Below, one piece after another: positions 45,704 through 55,544 of a stretch of 64,000 bases of DNA. Position 1 is the stretch's first letter, and every line of letters begins with the position of its first letter. Origin of the DNA: Naegleria gruberi (Eukaryota). A program made the translations under genes and the position numbers. The DNA is taken from NCBI GenBank assembly GCA_000004985.1, contig GG738886.1; one strand, written 5' to 3'. Under the pieces are notes generated by a model. The model had not been told where the DNA came from and did no database searches. It saw only the letters and a program-made list of their open reading frames with translations.

Positions 45704-46669
45704 ATGAAGATTCTCTTCTCTCTTTTGCTTGTCCTTGTACTTGCCTCACTTGTCAGCTGCCAAACTTACCTCCCATATAATAATGCCACAACATTCTCCT
45801 CCTTCACCAAATATTTTGTTAAAGTTAATGGTGGTTTCAAGGCAGGAATTACATACACTCAAAAATCAAGTAGTATTTGCTTCATGTATGTCTACCACAG
45901 TAGTACTTCATTGAGTACTTCTAATGAATGTTATACAGCAACAATCAATTCTAATACTACAAGATATTTTGAATTGATACCTTTTACTGATGTTTCCAGT
46001 GATACTTTTACTATTTCATATAGTGGATTGGGTATTTGTGAAGGAACTATCAAGATTACTCAATTAAGTCAAGCAGCAGGTGATGTTTCATCAAAGAAAG
46101 CTGTCATTCCATTCGGTTATGCTTTTGAACAAAATTATGATATCATCTTGTATCGTTCAAGTGCATTCGCAATTCCTGCTGGTTACAAAGCTGTTGGTAC
46201 AATTTATGGAATGAGTGGATCATGTGATCTCAAATTCAGTCATTCTGATACAAACTTTTTAACTTTGGGAATGACCAAGGGACAAACTCAATCATTTGAA
46301 CTTATTCCACCAGAAAAGGCAACTTCAACTTCCACTATTTCAATTTCAGCCTCAAGTATTTCCGTTATTTGCCAAGTTCAATATAGTGTTGAACTGAAAA
46401 GTAGAACAGCAACTGATAAGGCCAATGTTGGCGAAGATTCCTCAACATCAGGTTCAGCAAATACAGGTGCTATTGTAGGTGCTGTCTTGGGTACATTGTT
46501 TGGATTGTGTTGTATCGTAACCATTGTTATTATTGCCATAGTTGCATGTATATTTGGTACAGCATGTTGTGCTGCTGGTGTTGCTGGAGGTGCAGCTGCT
46601 GCAGGAGGAGCTGCAGTGGTTGCTACAACAGCCAATCAAAATAATAAGGCTGAAGCTCAATATGTTTAG
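45704..46669 (+). CDS. Type I single-pass membrane protein. It has a signal peptide, a 230-aa Ser/Thr-rich ectodomain, a Cys-rich transmembrane segment and a short Ala/Gly-rich tail.
   Basis: MKILFSLLLVLVLASLVSC signal peptide. TM segment AIVGAVLGTLFGLCCIVTIVIIAIVACIFG. No family recognised. Confidence 0.6.
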   Translation: MKILFSLLLVLVLASLVSCQTYLPYNNATTFSSFTKYFVKVNGGFKAGITYTQKSSSICFMYVYHSSTSLSTSNECYTATINSNTTRYFELIPFTDVSSDTFTISYSGLGICEGTIKITQLSQAAGDVSSKKAVIPFGYAFEQNYDIILYRSSAFAIPAGYKAVGTIYGMSGSCDLKFSHSDTNFLTLGMTKGQTQSFELIPPEKATSTSTISISASSISVICQVQYSVELKSRTATDKANVGEDSSTSGSANTGAIVGAVLGTLFGLCCIVTIVIIAIVACIFGTACCAAGVAGGAAAAGGAAVVATTANQNNKAEAQYV

Positions 46670-46696
46670 TTTGTTCCAATAAAAAAATTATGAATT

Positions 46697-48864
46697 TTAG
46701 TTCACGTTATTTTTGAATGCCAAATAGGATTTGATGATTAATTTTCCTGGAGAGGTTGATAATCTTTCCAGTAATGTTAGTGTGGTAGCTGTTCCATTGT
46801 GTGGTCTTGGCATGTTGGTGTTTGCTTGTTTGAATTGAGAGTTTAGTAAATTGGTCAGGAATGGTGAAATGGCTGAAATACTATCAGTTTCGAATCTGAT
46901 ATGCCATGAAAATTTGGAAAGTCTTTCATTGAAATCTTTCAAATCAATCAAATTACCATTATCATGTGCCATTTCAGCAAAAGTATCCATAAAAAACTTG
47001 CACAATATTTCGTATTTTTCTAAAATAGTCAAAAGGCCAGTTGAGTGGACTGAGTTTTCAAATGTTTGTTTGATTCTTTCCATGCATTCATGATCGTTGT
47101 GGCATGTCTTGACTAATTCAAAAATATTACTTTCTTGATCGTTGGATTGTTTCTCATTCTCCTTCAGATATAAAATGGAGGAATATTGAGGAGAAGGAAC
47201 TCGAACAAAACCATTTCCATCGTAAACTAAACACTCTTTCACTTTGAAAGGATTACATGTATTAACGTAGGCTTTCACTTCACTAATATTTGAGAATATC
47301 AATGGACTATACTTGGAAAATACAGGACTGTATCTGGTTCTCTCAATAAATATATCTAAATGAGAAAGTTTAGACTTTTCCACATTAAACGATGTTAAAA
47401 GTAAAAACTCCATATTCTCATCCTTTGATATTTCAAATGTTAAGCTTCCAGATTTGTCAAGATTAATATTCTTCTCTGTAATAAATCCAATAACAAGCTC
47501 TTCGATTGATCTATTGAAGATAATTTCAGATCCATTAGATGTAGTTTGAGAGCATACTTTCATTTCTCTATTTACAATATCATAATATACACTAGCAATA
47601 ATGCTATTATCATAAATTTCACAACATTTTGCTTTTTTCCAATTCATATTCTTGTAGGATTGGGCATGACTGTAGGGTAAAATTCTGAGAGGTGGCTTGC
47701 AAAGTATTTCATATGGGGAATCTAAATTTTTTCTGTACAAAACTAAACCATAAAATACTTCTTGAACAAGTGAAGAGTAAGTTGGTGATTCATCAACAGC
47801 TCTCAAATAAATATATTCATTTTCTTCTGTAGTATTCCAAAGGGTATTTTCAATAGAGAAAAATAATCTTAAATTTTCCAATAAAGTCTTGGAATTTGAA
47901 ATATTATTGGCATAGGCCAGAATACTGGATTTGTATAATTTAGTTTCCTCTTCAGTTACTAGATTATCTTTCTTTGTAATTTCATTGAAAACATCTTTCA
48001 ATTCTTGATATTTTGGATAATATTCCTTTTCAAAAAATTTCCAAGATGATTCCTTATGAAAAGATTGCATTATTAAATAGTAAGTGTTGTTAGCAGCTCC
48101 ATAATCTACAATTTTCAAATTAGATGCTATCTGAATACCAAAAATTAAATCTCTAAAGGTATGGGCAATATATTTCCGTTCCTGATAATTTGGAATCTCA
48201 TTTTCATTTTCTAATCGACCCCACTTTCTTCTCGCCATTTGAAAATGTTTACCAGCTTCGCCGACAACAGATAAAATCAATTTTCTGAAATAAATCTTGG
48301 TGTCAGTATGAAGATTTGGAAAATCGCATCTCCACACAAATTGTTCAGGTAAAAAGATGCACATTAAAGATTGCAACCAATTATCATTCAACTTGTTTTG
48401 GAAAACTGAATACTTGTACAAATTAATGTTCAATTCTATATCAGTTCCTTCTACTGAAATATATAAACATTGATATCCTTCAATAAATCCATCAAAAAGT
48501 GATTCAACTTTTGTTTCAATTAATTCCTTCCTTCCAGATTGATACCATTGAGTAGACAAACAATCATCTCTTTCAACTCTATAATATTCATCCATTTCTT
48601 CGTAGAGTTCATTAGAGACGATAATGAAAAAATCATAATCAGCATTTGGCTTTGCAGTTCCATACACTCTTGAGCCTAATAATTAATTCAATCATCATCA
48701 AACTAAAATTTCAGAATTTAATTACCTGTCTGATAAACATTCATCTGAGTTTTACTTTTAAATTTATCCAATTTCATACACTCAAGAATTGTATTAATAT
48801 TACATGAGACTAATGATTCCGAAGATTGACTCGCTGATGATGAGTTCGCTTGATGTTGAGACAT
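46697..48864 (-). CDS. Pol-beta superfamily nucleotidyltransferase of the Cid1 / non-canonical poly(A) polymerase / TUTase type, about 705 aa, with an about 500-aa C-terminal extension of unknown function. Exons are 48726..48864 and 46697..48675, with a 50-nt intron at 48676..48725.
   Basis: hG[GS]x10DhD signature QTGSRVYGTAKPNADYDFFII (compare Cid1 FGSLATGLSLPSSDMDLVV). Third acidic motif GTDIELNINLY (Cid1 QCDIGFNN). Exon 1 MSQHQANSSS...MNVYQT| is joined in phase 1 (the track ORF starts at GTG 48667). An alternative upstream ATG is at 48879. Confidence 0.65.
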
Positions 48865-48964
48865 TTTTTTAGAGTGCATTTTAAAATTACATAAAGTTCA
48901 CAGTTTCAAGTTTACTTGGTTCAATAATTATTATTGAATTATTGAAATTTGCATTGTTGGGTTA

Positions 48965-50132
48965 TTAACATATAATACATGAATCCTTTTCCTTTGTTGG
49001 TGGAACTGTTTGTTCTTTTGGATAATTTGGAGAGTCAAGATTGTGTTTAGCAACCAAATATTTCTCCCACTGAATGGTGAGGAGATTCTTGTAAATGTCA
49101 GTGGATGGTTCCTCTGTAACAATTCTAAACTCTTGAGGTCCATTCATGATAATTTCTCTGTTTGCACCACTCCAACTGAATAGACACTATTTTGATTAGA
49201 GAAAGAATAAAAGATTCATTACTTACAGGGCCAGCTCCATTGTGAAATGGATTAATTTCAATAATTGTTACACCCTTAGTTGGTGAAACAAAGAAATCAA
49301 CGACGAATGAAGGATGGGGAATTCTCTCAATGCAAAACCCATTGAAGAACTCATTAATTTTCTTTAAAATTTCTTCTTTTTGAGCAATTAAATCATCAAA
49401 CTTGAAATCACAAAAGTATTGAGAAATGGCGTTCAATTTCTTTTCGTGTACGAAACATCTAAATTCAAATTGAGGCAATTCAATCATTTCTTCGTTCCAC
49501 TCTCTTAAAATTATCTTACTTTCGTACAATTTCTCACCAAATCCAGTGTTCTTTTGCAAATCCTCATAAATTCTCTGTGATCTTCCCAATAATTCCATTG
49601 CAGATTTTCCACTATTAATTTTCATCGACTTGTTCATTGCTTTAAGGAAAGCAACACAAATATTATTTGGTGTCCTGTCAGAAACTCTTTCCACTTCCTT
49701 ATTTAATTGATTTTGATAACTTTCATCATTATGACACTTCCATGGTACATCTTTTGGACTTCTTGTATTCAATTTAACAAAAGCTCCATCATTAAACTCT
49801 GTATGAGCTGCCAAACATTCATCAATTCTTTTTTCAACATTTTCCAATAAAACAACTTCTTCACTAGTTAAACTTGTTGTTTTTTCATAGGTTTTTGCAT
49901 TCACTTTAAACAAGGATATTAAAGCCAAGGCTTCTTGATAGGATAAATCAACACTTCTAGTTTTGAAGGTAAAAGGTTCCAGCTCTGCAGTACACCATGA
50001 TTCAATTCCGAAACAATTTTGATAATGCTTTCTTCTGTATTGTTCAATTTGATGATCGGCAACTCCTAATTCTCTGATTTGATCATCAGATAGTAAAAAA
50101 GGGCTGGAATAGAAAGAAGGTTGTTGTGACAT
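48965..50132 (-). CDS. CDC123: CDC123 (D123 family ATP-grasp-like protein). Exons are 49227..50132 and 48965..49186, with a 40-nt intron at 49187..49226 (gtaagtaatg...aaatag).
   Basis: AFVKLNTRSPKD; EFRCFVHEKKLNAISQ...AQKEEILKKINEFF...VTIIEINPF match human CDC123 (EFRCFVKENKLIGISQ...SKQKEEIRRCIQDFF). Only the 40-nt splice restores the conserved C-terminus (LFSW...EFRIVTEE, compare LFTW...AFRCTNSE). Confidence 0.85.
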
Positions 50133-50232
50133 TTTTTTGTTGGATAAAGTTCGTTTGAACTTGGTACTTTTACAAATTACAAGATAAGGTTATTGTATTA
50201 TATAATCATAGAAAAATCCAAAATGAACACCA

Positions 50233-50315
50233 GCCCGCGTAGCAGAGTGGTCAAATGCGTAAGACTTAAGATCTTATCCCGAATGGGTTCGTGGGTTCGA
50301 ACCCCACCGCTGGCA
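50233..50315 (+). tRNA. tRNA-Leu (UAA), copy 2
   Basis: Identical 83-nt sequence to copy 1, followed by TTTCCTTTT. Confidence 0.9.
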
Positions 50316-50446
50316 TTTCCTTTTACCTTTGACAGAAAGAAATGGAACTTGAGACTTAATGTATCTTATATGATGTCTATTGACCAGAATTAATATTTTA
50401 AAGTTCCATTCTAACAATTTACAAATTAATTTCCAAAGATAAAAAA

Positions 50447-51595
50447 ATGGGTCAATCACAACCTCAGAAAATTGCACCACCACCACCTGTTTGCTCCTCA
50501 TCTACATCATCATCTTCAATGCCTTTCATTAATTCGGATCGTGTTGAACAACTTAAAAAATCATCTCTCATCAACAAGTTGGCAAATCCTAAAATGTTTC
50601 CAAACAAGATTTTTCATGATTTAATCGAATCAAAAAGTGATCTGAAGAGTGTTGAGAAATATGCAGTTTATAATTATGAAAATTGTTCAATTTTTGAAAA
50701 GGAATTGCCAGATGAATTATTTATTTGTATTTTGGGATTTTTAATGAATCATGAACTTTTCAAATTACAACGAGTTTCCAAAAATTTCAAATATTATTGG
50801 ACTCAAAATAGTTTTTTATGGAGAGGAAGATTGTTGGATGATTACAATAAGATTTTCATGTATTTTAAACCAATTATGCAATCACCAAACAATAGTATTG
50901 TATATTATCATCACTTTATACAAACAATTTTAAGTTCGTACAAAGAAAAATCAGATGTACCCAACTCTATGATTTGTAAACAAGTTTTAATGGGAATGGA
51001 TCAATGTGGTAAATCTGAACTAGCTAAATTATTTTCAGATTCAACAAGATTATTTGATTCAAAATATTCTCGAACCATTGGAGTTGAGTTTTATTCAAAA
51101 GGTTATGAGTATAATAATAATTTACATTGCAAAATTCAATTATGGGATACTGGTGGACATGCAAGGTTTCAATCAATTGCATCAGCCTATAAAAGAGGTT
51201 CCAAGACTATCATTTATTGCTTTGATTTGAGTGATGAAGAGTCTTTTGATCGAATGAAGGAACTTATTGACAATAATAGTGAAAAACCTCAAAATACTCC
51301 TTGGAATGATTATTTACAATGTGAAAGGTTAAGTATGATAATTATTGGATTGAAGAGAGATTTAGTAAGAAAGGTGAAAATGAGTCGAATTGAAAATCTC
51401 CTCCAACAGTTTGTACCCATTATTGATGGTATTTCATTGAAAGATTTGAAAGTTCAATATTTTGAGCTAAGTTGTAAAACTGATGCCAGATGTTACATTC
51501 AATTCCCTCTATTATTTGGATTATTGATGAGTGAGGAAGTAATGATTGAGGATGCATCTATTGACAAGAAGGTAATGGCGGAAATAAAAACTTGA
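50447..51595 (+). CDS. F-box + Rab-like small GTPase domain protein, copy B (382 aa, TGA stop)
   Basis: Same domain order and motifs as copy A, with 7 aa substitutions and a 1-codon indel (IIDGISLKD vs IIDGGISLKD). True ATG. Confidence 0.8.
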   Translation: MGQSQPQKIAPPPPVCSSSTSSSSMPFINSDRVEQLKKSSLINKLANPKMFPNKIFHDLIESKSDLKSVEKYAVYNYENCSIFEKELPDELFICILGFLMNHELFKLQRVSKNFKYYWTQNSFLWRGRLLDDYNKIFMYFKPIMQSPNNSIVYYHHFIQTILSSYKEKSDVPNSMICKQVLMGMDQCGKSELAKLFSDSTRLFDSKYSRTIGVEFYSKGYEYNNNLHCKIQLWDTGGHARFQSIASAYKRGSKTIIYCFDLSDEESFDRMKELIDNNSEKPQNTPWNDYLQCERLSMIIIGLKRDLVRKVKMSRIENLLQQFVPIIDGISLKDLKVQYFELSCKTDARCYIQFPLLFGLLMSEEVMIEDASIDKKVMAEIKT

Positions 51596-51604
51596 TGAGC
51601 ACCA

Positions 51605-51687
51605 GCCCGCGTAGCAGAGTGGTCAAATGCGTAAGACTTAAGATCTTATCCCGAATGGGTTCGTGGGTTCGAACCCCACCGCTGGCA
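51605..51687 (+). tRNA. tRNA-Leu (UAA), copy 3
   Basis: Identical to copies 1 and 2. It starts 9 nt after the stop of F-box/Rab copy B. It shares about 37 nt of 3' flank with copy 2 (tttcctttt.c.tttg.cagaaagaaatggaacttga). Confidence 0.9.
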
Positions 51688-51796
51688 TTTCCTTTTTCTT
51701 TGCCAGAAAGAAATGGAACTTGATCGAATATATTGCTAAATAATTGCTTTTATATTCAATTTTTGAAATGCAAGTGTGAAAATCCATTCCAAAAAA

Positions 51797-52531
51797 ATGT
51801 TTCTAACTTCCTTCGCTAGTATGATCAGTTTTACCTTGTTCTTTCTGGTCATCGTCAAATCGTTGGGATGGATTTTGAAAAAGCAATTCCCAAATCTTCG
51901 GAAATATGAAACATCCATTAGAAAAATCATTTCTTTTAACAACACTCTATATGGCATACTTTCTGGAGTCTATTGCATATCATTTGTGTTATTCCATCAA
52001 AAACCACAGTCAAGTGATCTATTAATTTATATCTATTACTTGTCCAAAATTTATGAGTTTCTTGATATTGTGTTGGTGATTATTCTGAATCATGCCAAGA
52101 AGAGTGATGAAGGATTGAGTGGTCACTTTGCCATTCATCACATCACTACTCTCAGCTTGGTATGGGCTTGTTTCTATGCTCCTTCTTCAATGATTATGCA
52201 AGAAGACAGACTGTTGAACAAGAAGACTCTGTTGGGAGAAATTCATGTGGCTCCAATTGTAACTAATACTTTCCATCACTTTCTAATGTATATCCATTTG
52301 GGAGGTTATATTAAAATGTTTGGGAGATTGTTGCCTTGGAGTGGTGGACTTCAATTGGTTGTTGGTGTATTGGCAGTAGGATCTCAAGTATTTGAAAAGA
52401 TTTTCCTTTATGGGAAGTGGAATATTCAAGCTGAAGTTTATGTTTGTGTAATGTATGTCATTTACTTTTGTTGTCACATTCGAGATGTGAGAGCCAGTAG
52501 TGCCCCACCTAAAGAAAATGATTCCAAATAA
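51797..52531 (+). CDS. Polytopic membrane protein resembling the ELO/GNS1/SUR4 fatty-acid elongase family (tentative)
   Basis: Motifs LSKIYEFLDIVLVIL (KxxEFxDT-like), GHFAIHHITT (His box) and NTFHHFLMYIHLGGY (NxxxHxxMYxYY-like). ATG at 51797 (the track start at 51776 is GTG). Confidence 0.5.
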   Translation: MFLTSFASMISFTLFFLVIVKSLGWILKKQFPNLRKYETSIRKIISFNNTLYGILSGVYCISFVLFHQKPQSSDLLIYIYYLSKIYEFLDIVLVIILNHAKKSDEGLSGHFAIHHITTLSLVWACFYAPSSMIMQEDRLLNKKTLLGEIHVAPIVTNTFHHFLMYIHLGGYIKMFGRLLPWSGGLQLVVGVLAVGSQVFEKIFLYGKWNIQAEVYVCVMYVIYFCCHIRDVRASSAPPKENDSK

Positions 52532-52619
52532 ATATAAATAAATTAGGCAAGATCACATTATTCAACTAATTGTTGGTTAGTCCACTGGCCAATTTTAAAT
52601 TGAGATTAAAGTGAAATTA

Positions 52620-53819
52620 TCAAAATTCGAACATAATATCATTGTATGATTTTGTGGCAAGCTTAGAGAATTTCAATGGAGGTAATACAAATGTTGGAAG
52701 TTTCATTTCAAAAAATGAAATGTCATTGAACCCAATGTCCTTTTTTGCATTGTAAAGTAAATATCTCCTAATTCCTCCAAATAGCAAAATCCTATTTCCT
52801 GATCTGATTTGATAATGAGATTGAGGATTAATTCGTAAGAGGTTTTCTTTTTCTTCCTCTGAGCAATCAAGAGTAAAATGTCCAATCCTACAATTATAAA
52901 GACAATCAAATATACCAATCCTTTCTGAGTAAATCAATTTACCTCTATAGTATCCACAAAAACTGATTAAATACCGACCAGCTATGAGAACACTTGAATT
53001 AAAGGAAGCTTTTACATCTAACGAGGATTCAAAACCTCTTGTTACACTCTTACATTGATCACTGAAATCAAATCTAATAATTTTTGATGAAGTAAAGCTT
53101 GAACCAAACAATGACCCACCATATGATATCACACTTCCACTTCCTTCCTCAACATTATAACTCAATAACTGACAACCATGAGTAGAGGGTGAAACTACAC
53201 CACCCATTCCTTCTTGTACAATTCCTGGGTTTGCTTGAAAGCAAGAAATTGATGATCTACTTTCCAACATTTCACTTGTTAAATTCAGTTTAAACATTGA
53301 TTGGTGGAATATCAAAAAATCACTCTCTTTCAAAATAGAACTCTCTACTTTTTCTAAATCTTTCACAAATGTAATCTTTCCATCCTCATGAACTTTCATT
53401 AATTTGAAGCCCTTAAAATCATACAATGAATAACAAAGAAAATATGGACTATTTTCAATAACAATCAAATCATCAACCATTTCATGATCCTGAAAAACAA
53501 ATTCAGATTCAATAATATATTCTTTCCTCCACAAGTCGAATAGAGCAACTCCATAATATGAAATCTGCCTCCATACACGAAACGACACCAGCAAAAATCT
53601 TTCATCACTTGCATTATTCGGCAATTTGATAAATTTTGATGATATTATTTCACACAACGTATTACAGGTATCTGAGGTTGGCCGTTCTTTCAAAAGTTGG
53701 ATGACTATTTTTTCTTCTATTGGAAGGGAATTCTTGGGAAATTGGATAGAACAGAGAATATTACCGAGAAATTTATCTTCATCATGATCCCTGGGAGACA
53801 GGAAGTGTCTTGTTTCCAT
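52620..53819 (-). CDS. Hypothetical 399-aa protein
   Basis: Open frame from the ATG at 53819 (METRHFLSPRDHDEDK...); the track start at 53843 is TTG. No family recognised; possibly beta-propeller-like (LLFGGIRRYLLYN). Confidence 0.45.
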   Translation of the reverse strand: METRHFLSPRDHDEDKFLGNILCSIQFPKNSLPIEEKIVIQLLKERPTSDTCNTLCEIISSKFIKLPNNASDERFLLVSFRVWRQISYYGVALFDLWRKEYIIESEFVFQDHEMVDDLIVIENSPYFLCYSLYDFKGFKLMKVHEDGKITFVKDLEKVESSILKESDFLIFHQSMFKLNLTSEMLESRSSISCFQANPGIVQEGMGGVVSPSTHGCQLLSYNVEEGSGSVISYGGSLFGSSFTSSKIIRFDFSDQCKSVTRGFESSLDVKASFNSSVLIAGRYLISFCGYYRGKLIYSERIGIFDCLYNCRIGHFTLDCSEEEKENLLRINPQSHYQIRSGNRILLFGGIRRYLLYNAKKDIGFNDISFFEMKLPTFVLPPLKFSKLATKSYNDIMFEF

Positions 53820-54624
53820 TTTTTTAGTTATTGCGTCCCTCAAAAAAATACCTCAACGTCTAGTACGTTTGTGCGGTTTTCTAGATTGACCAAGATGCAA
53901 GTAGCACAGCGCTAAACTATCGCCGTAACTTTCGGCATCGAGGTTTAGATGGATTCAAACTATGTATTGTTTATTCTTGTCTGTAGAATAACATATAGCT
54001 ATCTTCTGTCAAAGATTTAAAGCAGGTTTCTTTAGTTTAGCACGGGCAAAACAATGTAAAGATACCGAGGCGTGGAGAGTAATGATTTAATTATGAACAG
54101 AAAGGAAATTTTATAAGAATATAATCAAAGAGAATAGATATTGTAGAACGTTACGTAAGAATTTTATTGCAGCGTAAGAGATGGTATTGGATCACCTTCT
54201 CGATATCCTTGACAGATATTTCAGATGCTTCCCCATTTAATTTTCTATTATTTCGCGATGTTTACTTTCCCTATGGTTTCCATTAGTCACGGTCTAACTC
54301 TTGATTAGTTTCCAACTATGCAACTTAAAGGCTAGGCGATAACTCCACTCCTAAAAGTCCCCGTCCAATGACGAAGCTGTGAATGAACTTTGTTCCTACG
54401 ATACACACTCCAAAAGTACACCATCACAAGAGTGCTTGGTCGAGAATCTGAATAGATTCGAAAAATTGTAGTGTATAATAATCGGTATTATAAATTTTTT
54501 TAGTTATTGCTCCGAAAGAGATTTGTTTCAATATAAAATTTCATCAGCACTGAGTACGAGCTTAAACTTAATCTCAAACATTTTGTTTTATTTACAATTT
54601 ACTGAATTATTTACAAGTTGTAAT

Positions 54625-54901
54625 TTACATCTTTTTCGATTTGGTAATCTTCTTAGCTGTGGTGGTTGATTGTATTGAATTTTTCAAAGATCTTTTCACC
54701 GAAATTTGTTTACCATTTAAATTAGCATGATGATAATCAATATTATTACGATGTCTAGTTCCACTCATAATATTTGAAGTATCAATATCAAATAATGATA
54801 ATTTTAGATAAATCAATTGGTTTAGATCTTGTCCTTTCTGTTTTTATTGGAATTCTATCTTTGGATGATGAAGAATTTGATGAAGTATTTCTAGCTGACA
54901 T
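54625..54901 (-). CDS. Possible small basic Ser/Lys-rich protein, with a frame discontinuity around 54800
   Basis: MSARNTSSNSSSSKDRIPIKTERTRSKPIDLSK (from the ATG at 54901) and ...NIMSGTRHRNNIDYHHANLNGKQISVKRSLKNSIQSTTTAKKITKSKKM* lie in adjacent frames. Weak. Confidence 0.25.
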
Positions 54902-55226
54902 TTTGCTCTTAGTTTTTGTTATTTAGTTATTTTGTTTTGTTGTGTAAATTTCATCATCGATACCAGTTATCTATTTCCATGATGATTCCACTAATTTTAT
55001 GATTCGGATTTTTGGATTTTCCACTCATCACAAGAATTTGAATTAATAAAGAAATTTTCATCTGGATATTGTTGTTTCTCCTCTTTGCGCACTCAGAGGT
55101 AATTAGATTTTGGTCAATAGAGGTGCATTCATCGTGATATGGCATTCTTAAAATATACAATTAAGGTTTCAATTGGATACAACCAACAGTGTGCACAGGT
55201 CATTAGAATTGTAACAATTAAAAAAA

Positions 55227-55544
55227 ATGGGAAACTTCTTTTCGTCGAATAATCTTTCGCGAGTGAAAGAACTTCCAGATGAAATTTTATTTACAGAAAT
55301 TTTATCCTATTTGCCTTTGAGAGATTTACCGAATCTTTTGGTTATTTCTAAAGATTTCAATCGGAAAGTGTTGTCATCACACAGTTTATTATATCAGTTT
55401 AGTTTGTATACAAATCCATTCATTTCACTTTCGAATAAAACTGATTTAAAAGATAGAAAAATGACCTATTCCGAAATGAAGAAGGAAATAATTGAATATG
55501 ATTCAATGATTCATAGAATTAAATATTCAAAAACCGTAGAATAA
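55227..55544 (+). CDS. Small F-box-only protein (105 aa, MGNFFSS start)
   Basis: F-box LPDEILFTEILSYLPLRDLPNLLVISKDFNRKV. Confidence 0.6.
   Translation: MGNFFSSNNLSRVKELPDEILFTEILSYLPLRDLPNLLVISKDFNRKVLSSHSLLYQFSLYTNPFISLSNKTDLKDRKMTYSEMKKEIIEYDSMIHRIKYSKTVE

Larger units (their letters stand above)
50383..51687. repeat. Inverted segmental duplication, copy B (promoter block + F-box/Rab gene + tRNA-Leu)
   Basis: About 97% identical to the reverse complement of 26774..28134. The gene-to-tRNA spacer is 9 nt here versus about 60 nt in copy A. Confidence 0.85.

Noticed and set aside
49187-49237. 51-nt in-frame intron model (gtaagt...ctattcag) for CDC123
   Set aside because: It preserves the wrong C-terminal frame (…LEWCKQRNYHEWTSRV*). 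The 40-nt model ending at aaatag restores the conserved LFSW…EFRIVTEE tail and is preferred.
54270-54310. Weak similarity of GGTTTCCATTAGTCACGG to the LSU rRNA 5' end (GGATTCCCCTAGTAACGGCGAG)
   Set aside because: About 65% identity over about 25 nt with no extended rRNA-like context, so it is not called as rRNA. It is kept only as part of the ncRNA-candidate island.
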